Source: an uncultured bacterium (lineage in GTDB: Bacteria; Myxococcota_A; Bradymonadia; UBA7976; VGTA01). From it: a stretch of DNA of 64,000 bases. Made by a program: the position numbers and the translations under genes. A model generated the notes under the pieces. It was not told the origin of the DNA, ran no database searches, and saw nothing but the letters and a program-made list of their open reading frames with translations. The DNA is taken from assembly GCA_943788935.1 (NCBI GenBank), contig CALSSE010000003.1, positions 150,493-214,492 on the forward strand. Direction: 5' to 3'. Numbering within the stretch: position 1 is the stretch's first letter; each line of letters opens with the position of its first letter. This document shows, one piece after another, positions 49,199-56,860 of the stretch.

Positions 49199-49913
49199 TG
49201 AGCCACACTCCGATCTCCTCTAACTCAGGAAACACCTTCGCTCGAGGGTCAAATACATGGAGTGGGAGCTGCTCAGTAAGAGAATATGCGACAGAGATAT
49301 CCTGTCGAAAACCAAACGTAGGTGTCTCAGGAAAGAGCTCACTCAAGCTCTCTTGGAGGGTTTTATCGAGGTTCCTCCTTAAATCAATCATCGATTGGAC
49401 TAACGCATACCTAGATGGCCCTGGTCGCTGTCGATGTCGCCTAGCATCAATCAAACCTGCGATTCGAGCAGCTCCTGAGATCGCGAAAGGATGAGCGATC
49501 ACTGGAATGAGGGCTTGATCTGCAGCCACTAGACCTAAACGCTCTAAGTGCTCGGAGTATGGAGGGAGATCAATAATAATCACCTCAGGTGCTAACTGAT
49601 GATCGCTGATGAGATCTCGGAGAGCCTCAGGCTCTAAAGAGGATACCTCAACGCTGTTCAGCTCTGGTCCCCCTGCTAAGATAGAGATATGATCATGGAG
49701 AAGAGTGGGGATGATCTCTTCTCCTTTGAGAAATTCAGCAGCTCCCCTAGCGCCTGGCTCACCACCTAGCCCAAAAGTTACATTCCCTTGAGGATCTAAA
49801 TCGATCAACAAGACCGACCTCCCCTCACGAGCAAAGTACGAGGCGAGCGCAGCGCTCAACGCAGACTTACCCACTCCACCTTTACGACACCCGATCGCGA
49901 CGCTAATTGTCAT
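49188..49913 (-). CDS. parA: ParA/MinD-family partition ATPase
   Basis: Deviant Walker A IGCRKGGVGKSALSAALA followed by LLIDLDPQGN. Confidence 0.8.
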   Translation of the reverse strand: MTISVAIGCRKGGVGKSALSAALASYFAREGRSVLLIDLDPQGNVTFGLGGEPGARGAAEFLKGEEIIPTLLHDHISILAGGPELNSVEVSSLEPEALRDLISDHQLAPEVIIIDLPPYSEHLERLGLVAADQALIPVIAHPFAISGAARIAGLIDARRHRQRPGPSRYALVQSMIDLRRNLDKTLQESLSELFPETPTFGFRQDISVAYSLTEQLPLHVFDPRAKVFPELEEIGVWLNGG

Positions 49914-50339
49914 AGCTACTCCTCATCACAGCAGGTCGAGACATCTTCACAGTCTCCCCGCTCTCTTGGCTTGGACATAGAGTCACCGAGTGACTCTTCA
50001 CAAGATCAGAACAGTTAAAAATCTCAGGCGGCTTCATTCATCATGAACCCCTCAGCTTTATCTCCTCTCCTCCTTAACAAATGTCAGACCGATGGGTGAA
50101 CTATAATTTAGTGATTGGTTAATAAAAAATTGAACACTCAATAACACTGATCATAAGTTCATACTGAAAACCCTTTTCTACAACACTAGGCCCATCTGCC
50201 CATAAAACTGCATAAGTTATAAACAAAACACTAGCTGTGGCCAAATTAAAGACATCAGCCTCTAAAATATAGCTTGGAGCTCATGAATAATGTTAATCTG
50301 ATATTAAAAGACAACAATCCCCAAAGAGACGAGTAAAAG
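49914..50339. promoter_or_regulatory. AT-rich ~425-bp divergent intergenic region between parA and the 50340 gene
   Basis: Markedly lower GC than surrounding sequence, with runs such as ttaataaaaaattgaac and ataaacaaaacac. Likely carries the divergent promoters. Confidence 0.5.
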
Positions 50340-51182
50340 ATGAGTAAAAAGATATCTATCCCTCTGCAACACCTAAGCCTCTCGCTTACCCTCTTCTGCA
50401 CAGGGACTTTTTGTTTCTCTTGTGATGGAGAGAGTCAGGTCGATGGTGAAGTCATCTATGTCCCTTCTTCTATGACTGGTTCTGATATGGGAGATTTTCT
50501 TGACCAAGGAGAGCAGATGAACCCTCTCGATATGGAATCACCGGATGACCTCCTCACTCTCACCATTAGAGCGATCGATCCCCTAAGTGGTCAAGGAGTC
50601 TCTGGGCTCACTCTGACTCTCGCCGCTGGCGAAGTGGGAGACTCAGTCGAAGATGAGCAGCTCTCCACAGATCAGAGCGGAACAGCCTCTATCCGCTTGG
50701 CTCCTCTGAGTGACTATGAAGTGATCATTAACGGTGAAGGGTACTCAGCTCATCATCTCTTTGGTTCACTCGGTGAGAGTGACGCGACTCAGATCTCTTT
50801 TGTGAGCCCTGACACCCTCACAGCTCAAGTATTCTCAGCGCTAGGGACCAGTCCTGATCCTACCAAAGGGATCGTCGTTATCGGCCTAGATCAGCCTAAT
50901 TTAGCTCCTGCGGTTGGGACAAGAGCGGATCTCTCTTCTGACTATGAAAAGTCGTTCACCTTGGGCTCTTTTGGTCCAAGCGAAGGGAATGAAGTGATCT
51001 CCGGAGGGGGTGGTTTTGTGAGTTTTGCCAACGTAAGCCCCGGTGAGGCGATCGTCTCGGTAGAACCTAAAATGGCAGAACGCTGTGCTGTTTTCCCTCG
51101 GAATGAATCCTCAGAATACACTCTCCCTGTCTATGCTGGAGAAGTGAGCGTTATGGCCTTTATTTGCCAACCTCTCCCCTAA
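50340..51182 (+). CDS. Secreted protein with a carboxypeptidase-regulatory-like (Ig-like beta-sandwich) domain
   Basis: Signal peptide. LTIRAIDPLSGQGVSGLTLTLAAGE...TDQSGTASIRLAPLSDYEVIINGEGYS resembles the CarbopepD_reg fold. Confidence 0.4.
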   Translation: MSKKISIPLQHLSLSLTLFCTGTFCFSCDGESQVDGEVIYVPSSMTGSDMGDFLDQGEQMNPLDMESPDDLLTLTIRAIDPLSGQGVSGLTLTLAAGEVGDSVEDEQLSTDQSGTASIRLAPLSDYEVIINGEGYSAHHLFGSLGESDATQISFVSPDTLTAQVFSALGTSPDPTKGIVVIGLDQPNLAPAVGTRADLSSDYEKSFTLGSFGPSEGNEVISGGGGFVSFANVSPGEAIVSVEPKMAERCAVFPRNESSEYTLPVYAGEVSVMAFICQPLP

Positions 51183-51207
51183 AGCGGAACTCAGTTCCTA
51201 TTTAAAT
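51180..51207. repeat. Inverted copy of the 48.2-kb palindromic element (taaagcggaactcagttcctatttaaat), overlapping the stop codon of the 50340 gene
   Basis: Its reverse complement atttaaataggaactgagttccgcttta matches the 48233/48323 element at about 25 of 27 positions. Confidence 0.8.
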
Positions 51208-51257
51208 ACCCACTACACTATTCCTCCTTAATGTACACTGAACGGTGATAATATTTC

Positions 51258-51863
51258 ATGATCAATCAGATAATATCAATGATCTGTCTGACCTCGGCGT
51301 CACTCCTCTTCTTCTCTTGCACGGAAGAATATAAAAACCGTGACCTCGTGGGGGAGAGCTTTCCGGAAGTGAATGGTATCGCTCTCGACGAGAAGCGCTG
51401 GCAGCTCCCTCAAGCGTGGAGTAGCCAACAGACCTTAGCTCTCTTAGGATATGTTCAAGATAGCCAGTTTGATATTGATCGTTGGCTGATCGGACTCGAT
51501 ATGAGAAGCGTCAATATCAAAGTCTATGAACTGCCCACCATAAAAGGGATGATCCCGAGGATGATTAGCGATCGTATTAATGAGGGGATGAGGTCAGGCA
51601 TCCCTGACGAGCTCTGGGGAGGGGTGATCACTCTCTATTCAGATGGAGATCGACTCCAACGATTCACAGGAAATGAGCGACCACGCAACGCTCGAGTCAT
51701 CTTAGTGGACGACAGAGGCATAGTGAGATTCTTCACCGACAGAGGCTTCTCAGTCCCAGGTTTAAATAAGCTCATCTCGACTCTTCAGAACACCGAAAAG
51801 AGATCAGAAAAGAGATCAGAAAAGAGCACAAAAAAACAACCTCTGAATAAATCAGCCCCTTGA
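51258..51863 (+). CDS. Hypothetical lipoprotein
   Basis: Lipobox LLFFSC. C-terminal (KRSE)n repeat. No domain assigned. Confidence 0.4.
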   Translation: MINQIISMICLTSASLLFFSCTEEYKNRDLVGESFPEVNGIALDEKRWQLPQAWSSQQTLALLGYVQDSQFDIDRWLIGLDMRSVNIKVYELPTIKGMIPRMISDRINEGMRSGIPDELWGGVITLYSDGDRLQRFTGNERPRNARVILVDDRGIVRFFTDRGFSVPGLNKLISTLQNTEKRSEKRSEKSTKKQPLNKSAP

Positions 51864-51960
51864 GTTGATCTGCTCTATTAGCCTTGCTCTCATTATGTGA
51901 ATAGATACAGTATAATCGATTATTTATCCAACCTGGATTACCTAGCTCTAGGACTCATCT

Positions 51961-52599
51961 ATGCTTCAAGCTCAACGCTCACTCTTTGTCATCTTGACTG
52001 CGATCATCGGAATCTCTACCGGCTGCCATCACTCAGCGAGAGCGAAGCCGCTCCCCCTCAATTCACAGCATGCTCCTCCGAGGTCGCAGAGCCCTGTAAA
52101 AGAGGCGAACCTCTCAAGTCAGCTCTTACAGCGCAGCGGTCAAGCGGTAGTTGGTCAAGCGATGCCCTTCTTCTCAGGCTGGACGGTCTCTGCTAGCGCA
52201 GGACGGGCCTATAGCCTACGCAAGGCTCTAAAGAGTAATAAAACGCGCTATGTTCTCACGATTTGTGCCTCTTGGTGCAAACCCTGTATGCGTGGACTCC
52301 AACGTCTCTCTGAATCAAAAAAACTCTTCTCTACACATAAAACTGAGTTGATCATACTCGTCGCCGATAGCAGTGAGCATGGTCGGGAGATCTTCTCTAA
52401 ATTCAAATTCGATTGGGCTCATGTCGTCGTCGATGAGTTTCAGAACTTTGCTCTTAAACTCGCTCCAGAGAGAGGGAAGAAAACGGGTCGAGATAGCCTC
52501 AGCTTACCACGGACCATTATCTTTAATCAGAGCGGAGTTATAGAGAAGATCATCGGTCGAGAAGCAGATGATTATATCTCCCAAATTTTTAGTAAATAA
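51961..52599 (+). CDS. Secreted TlpA/ResA-like thiol-disulfide oxidoreductase (thioredoxin fold)
   Basis: Signal peptide. CxxC active site TICASWCKPCMRGL in a thioredoxin-like context. Confidence 0.65.
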   Translation: MLQAQRSLFVILTAIIGISTGCHHSARAKPLPLNSQHAPPRSQSPVKEANLSSQLLQRSGQAVVGQAMPFFSGWTVSASAGRAYSLRKALKSNKTRYVLTICASWCKPCMRGLQRLSESKKLFSTHKTELIILVADSSEHGREIFSKFKFDWAHVVVDEFQNFALKLAPERGKKTGRDSLSLPRTIIFNQSGVIEKIIGREADDYISQIFSK

Positions 52600-52657
52600 T
52601 CCATGAGAGTCACTCTCATCTAAACCTAACGCTCAGAATAGCCAAGATGGAGAGAGT

Positions 52658-54049
52658 ATGACCATGAGTTTCAAGAGAGAGTCACTTCACCGCCGAGAAC
52701 AACAACTCACTATCGATGAGAGCGTTCTCCATCGTCCATCCTCAAGCTCTACTCTCCACTCCCTATGGAGTTTTCCAAGCCTCTTGAGCTTCTCATACCT
52801 TTTGAGCTTCTTATGCCTCTTGAGCTTATCTTGCAGTAGCGCACCACCGATTTCCTCGGAGGAGATAAGGAGTCGCTTACGAGCAAATGCCCGAACCGCA
52901 ACTGAGGTTGACTATAGTAAACCGATAGGAAAGAGAGCGAACGAACCTGCTCTTCCTGAAGGGGTGAGTTGTCTCCACTCAGCCTCTTGTTTCCCTCAGA
53001 AATATTACCTGACCGCCGAAGGGGTAGGCGAAGACCCGAGGGGAGCAGAGCTCGACGCCAAAGCACGACTGTCATCTAAGATTAAAAGCGAAATAAAGAG
53101 CGTCATCACCACTATGACGCGTGAGGGTGATGGCGTTGGGAGTCAAGTCAGTGGAGAGATTAAGAATGAAGTCAGAACAAGTTTTAAGTACGGGGAGTTG
53201 ATCTCTATTTATCCTCTGATGGCAAAACGAGACGGAGACTCCTATAAAGCGCTCGCTGTCTTGGATAAGAGGTCGTATCAAGAGCGTGTCGAGCCATCCC
53301 TTCGCTCCCACGTCAAGCGAGCACAAGAGCGGGTCACTCGATCTAGAGTGAGTCCCGAACTCCTCATCCAAGAGTGGCCTCAGATTCTCGCTACTCTTGG
53401 CCACTTAGCCCCCGCGCTTATTGAATACAAATCGATCGTAGGCGACCACCTAAAGAGCGCTGAGAAGCTACAAAAAGATATTCAAGTGATGCGTAAAGAG
53501 ATCGATGAAGCGAGGTCAAAACTCACCTTCGTGTTAGAGGTCAGTGACCTCAACACCTCTTCAGACTCTGCCTTAGATCTACCGATCAAGAGTGTTATGA
53601 GCCGCCTCTTTCGAACTCAAAGGCTCCGAATTCTGTCTCCTGGTGATTGCCTCCCACAGAGACATCGTCTATTGGTGACCTATGAGACCAATGAGAGCGT
53701 TCATCCAGTGACAGGCAGCCCGCTCCTCTCTCTAGAATGGTCTCTCACTCTGTTTAGATGTCCAGTCGTGACCCATGAAAAAAGGGAACAGGAGCTAATC
53801 ACAGTCAAGCTCCCTCCGATTAAAGGAACAGAGCGTTATCAAACGAGCGCTCAGCAGGTGATAGCCTCTACCCTCAAGCAACTGAACGCCTTAATGAGAG
53901 CAAACGAGATGAGAGCAGGCGAGAAATCCGTAGCTAGCTCTTCGAAGCGATCTCGTCGCGAGACGATCCGTCAAGCACGGACACAGACATTAGCGAATAA
54001 ACTCTCGATAGCAGTCAAAGATATAATCTCGATTTTAACTCCTATTTAA
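52658..54049 (+). CDS. Hypothetical lipoprotein (possible LPP20-like repeats); true start probably internal
   Basis: A signal/lipobox LCLLSLSCSS lies ~45 aa after the listed start. Charged helical C-terminal region. The family assignment is uncertain. Confidence 0.4.
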   Translation: MTMSFKRESLHRREQQLTIDESVLHRPSSSSTLHSLWSFPSLLSFSYLLSFLCLLSLSCSSAPPISSEEIRSRLRANARTATEVDYSKPIGKRANEPALPEGVSCLHSASCFPQKYYLTAEGVGEDPRGAELDAKARLSSKIKSEIKSVITTMTREGDGVGSQVSGEIKNEVRTSFKYGELISIYPLMAKRDGDSYKALAVLDKRSYQERVEPSLRSHVKRAQERVTRSRVSPELLIQEWPQILATLGHLAPALIEYKSIVGDHLKSAEKLQKDIQVMRKEIDEARSKLTFVLEVSDLNTSSDSALDLPIKSVMSRLFRTQRLRILSPGDCLPQRHRLLVTYETNESVHPVTGSPLLSLEWSLTLFRCPVVTHEKREQELITVKLPPIKGTERYQTSAQQVIASTLKQLNALMRANEMRAGEKSVASSSKRSRRETIRQARTQTLANKLSIAVKDIISILTPI

Positions 54050-54073
54050 GCCTCATTTGACCCTCATATCACT

Positions 54074-55429
54074 TTAACCCTCCAGAGACTTAATAGACTC
54101 GGGGCTATCATGAGCAGAGACAGAAATCCGCCTTTGAAGAGGTATCACGTTCTTTATGGTCTCAAATAGGCCTTTGAGGGGACCCTCTTGATCACCAAAG
54201 ACGAGGAGCTCTAGCCGATCGATAGACAAATGATCTATCGCTGCTTGTCGAATTTCATCGACTGTGAGGGGCCTAAGCCATCGAGGCATATCTAACGATT
54301 TCGATGGATTAACTCCCATCAAGGCAGAGCTCACGCTTAAGCCCGCTCTCATCGCTGGTGTCTCTATAGAGAAAGGATGAGCATTGATCAGATAATCTTT
54401 GGCGAAGAGTAGCGCTTCATCTGTAATTTCCCCTCTCGCCACACTCCCATAAACCTCCAACATGACCTCTAAAGTCTCAACTGCGTTCTTGGCATCAGGG
54501 GTTGCATTAAGACAGACAAATCGAGCATTAGCCTCACCACGAATCCCCGCATAAGCACCATAACTTAAACCACGCTTTACTCTAACCTCTTGCATAAGAG
54601 TCGATGAAAAAGTTCCACCAAGAGCGCAGATGGCGACTTGAAGCGCTAACCATTGAGGATGATGAGGGGAGATCGTGGGGTGTGCTATGAAGAGTAAGGC
54701 CTGCTGTCTATCTGGCTTATGAACCAGAGTGAGGGTGCTCTCTTGGAGAGAAGGAAGGGGCGGAGGAGTATCCACTTGAGAGCTTAACTGGAGACCTGAG
54801 GTATAGATGGGAGACAAGAGCTCTTGAATATGATCAACGCTAAGATCGCTCGTAATACAGGGTAAGAGCATCTTAGGATCAAAGACATTGCTCCATGCAT
54901 TCGAGACCTGATCGGTTGAGATGTCTACGATATGGGACTTCTCTACGCTGTACTCTCCCCAGAGAGGATGATGAAGGTGTAGCCTCCTCATAAGACTGAG
55001 CCATGCCATGGTATGATCATCATCATATCGTGACTCTAACTCAGCAATATATACTCGTTTACTATGCTCAAGCTGCTCTTCGTCGAGCGCGGGGCTGGTC
55101 AACGCCTCTTGGAAGAGAGAGATGAGGGTGGGGAGAGTCCTGCTGAGAGCGACCGCTCCAATGGAATGAGCATACCGACGATGAGTGAGGATAATCTCTG
55201 TCCCTAGCTGTTCAACATCTCTTATGAAGCGCTCCCTACTCGCTCGCTTTGTTCCCCGTAAGACCTGACGCTGAGTGAGTATTCTAAGCGCAGGAGAGAG
55301 AGCTAAGCCGCCCTCTTGATCGCCTTGTTCAAGGGAGTGACCGAGAGCGCTATGACGAGTGAATGAATCATGACGATAATGTAACTGTAGATAAGTAATG
55401 GGGAGCTGAGGTTGGTGGACGTAGATCAT
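54074..55429 (-). CDS. Peptidase M16 (pitrilysin) family protein, probably non-catalytic (HxxEQ variant)
   Basis: N-terminal ALGHSLEQGDQEG replaces the HxxEH zinc motif. The middle and C-terminal M16-like regions are present (RVYIAELESRYDD...). Confidence 0.5.
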   Translation of the reverse strand: MIYVHQPQLPITYLQLHYRHDSFTRHSALGHSLEQGDQEGGLALSPALRILTQRQVLRGTKRASRERFIRDVEQLGTEIILTHRRYAHSIGAVALSRTLPTLISLFQEALTSPALDEEQLEHSKRVYIAELESRYDDDHTMAWLSLMRRLHLHHPLWGEYSVEKSHIVDISTDQVSNAWSNVFDPKMLLPCITSDLSVDHIQELLSPIYTSGLQLSSQVDTPPPLPSLQESTLTLVHKPDRQQALLFIAHPTISPHHPQWLALQVAICALGGTFSSTLMQEVRVKRGLSYGAYAGIRGEANARFVCLNATPDAKNAVETLEVMLEVYGSVARGEITDEALLFAKDYLINAHPFSIETPAMRAGLSVSSALMGVNPSKSLDMPRWLRPLTVDEIRQAAIDHLSIDRLELLVFGDQEGPLKGLFETIKNVIPLQRRISVSAHDSPESIKSLEG

Positions 55430-55474
55430 ATAAACCTTTATAGAATATTCTAGATCAAAATAGCGCTATGATGG

Positions 55475-56860
55475 TTAAGGCTCAAAACCTTCGAAAATAA
55501 TGTTATCTGCTCTCTTATAAGCTAGATCTGCGTGAGCTTGTGTACGGACTGTCCATACAAGAACGGGGGTACCACGGACCCTCATACGGTGAAGTCTCCT
55601 TAAACGATGACGAGCGAGATCTTGATGTTCATAAGCGATATAGTGAGGCTTACAGATGGGAGTAAAGAGAAGATTCTTCAATAGGAATCTAGTCGTCGCC
55701 CGCATCGGAACCTCTTCAACAGGGAAGCTATAAGCGATGAGGCCTCTCACGATATGAGGATGATTACGATAGAACCATTTAAGGCTCATCGGATTAAAAC
55801 ACTGAATGGCGAGCGGACCTCGGTAATCACTGATCACATCAGCGACAGCGCTCTCTAAGGGCCCCACTGGTTGACCATAGTTTTTAACCTCTACCAAAAC
55901 GGGAACTTGGCCTCCAATGAGGTCAAGCGCCTCAGCGAGTGTCGGGATAGAAGCATCACCGGGAATGAGGCGCATCGCTTTCAATTCATTTAGGCTATAT
56001 TCCTTAACCTCACCCACCTCACCCGTCATCCGAGTCATCTCCTCATCATGAAACACAATGGGGATGCCATCACGACTGAGATGAACATCTAGCTCGATCC
56101 CATATCCTTTAGCAATCGCCTCTGCAAAAGCAGGGAGGCTATTCTCTGGGAGATCTCTTAGCGCGTCATGGTAACCACGATGAGCGAAACCTCTCTCGGT
56201 GAGCCAAGTCCGTTGTTGAGCTGAGAGAGGAGCACTTCTTGGTGCGTTAGCGAGCTCCCCTTTCCGCCAACGAATCCTCCCTAAGTTGCGCTTAATTAAG
56301 CCGGTACCAAGACGCTTTAAAGCACGTCGTTTTATAAGAGGAGATGACTCTAGCTCTCCTGCTGCCTCTTCGTTTGATAAGACTTTATGGTGGAGGTTAG
56401 CCCCTAAGAGTGACTCTGATGACTCTGATGACGCTGATGACTCGAAGTCTTCTTCAAGTCCGGTATCATAAGAAGAGGTCTGAGTATGTGAAAGTTCAGA
56501 GAGCCCTTTCCCACTATTTAGACCTTGCAAGAGCTCCTCTTGTACTTCGAGACACAATCTAGAGATTAGAGGGTAAAGAGAAGAGATATAGCCTTGAACA
56601 TGATCATCTTGAGTCTGTGATTGTAGCTTAGAGATCACCTCTAACTCACGACTTTGATCTCTCAGCGGGAGTCCTGCTCGTTGCTTAACCTCAGCGATCG
56701 CCTTACAGACTTCAACTCGAGACTCAAGTAGAGCAATCAAACTCCGATCGATCTCATCGATGTCTTCACGGAGAGCCTCAAGATTAAATGAATCTGTCTC
56801 TGAGAGAGTCTCTTTATTACTCAAAGCGTCTTTATTACCCAAAGCGTCTTTATGGCTCAC
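55475..56860 (-). CDS. Fusion protein: N-terminal AroQ-class chorismate mutase, Ser/Asp-rich linker, C-terminal glycerophosphodiester phosphodiesterase (GDPD/UgpQ-like)
   Basis: The CM domain LEALREDIDEIDRSLIALLESRVEVCKAIAEVKQRAGLPLRDQSRELEVISKL...LCLEVQEEL aligns with E. coli CM, including the catalytic R11, R28, K39, E52, Q88 equivalents. The GDPD domain is GFAHRGYHDALRDLPENSLPAFAEAIAKGYGIELDVHLSRDGIPIVFHDEEM. Confidence 0.65.
   Translation of the reverse strand: MSHKDALGNKDALSNKETLSETDSFNLEALREDIDEIDRSLIALLESRVEVCKAIAEVKQRAGLPLRDQSRELEVISKLQSQTQDDHVQGYISSLYPLISRLCLEVQEELLQGLNSGKGLSELSHTQTSSYDTGLEEDFESSASSESSESLLGANLHHKVLSNEEAAGELESSPLIKRRALKRLGTGLIKRNLGRIRWRKGELANAPRSAPLSAQQRTWLTERGFAHRGYHDALRDLPENSLPAFAEAIAKGYGIELDVHLSRDGIPIVFHDEEMTRMTGEVGEVKEYSLNELKAMRLIPGDASIPTLAEALDLIGGQVPVLVEVKNYGQPVGPLESAVADVISDYRGPLAIQCFNPMSLKWFYRNHPHIVRGLIAYSFPVEEVPMRATTRFLLKNLLFTPICKPHYIAYEHQDLARHRLRRLHRMRVRGTPVLVWTVRTQAHADLAYKRADNIIFEGFEP

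Noticed and set aside
49914-50339. Plasmid replication origin (oriV) in the AT-rich region next to parAB
   Set aside because: No rep gene, no DnaA-box-like clusters and no iteron array were recognised inside this region. A divergent promoter region is the simpler explanation. Left open as a minor possibility in the parAB finding.
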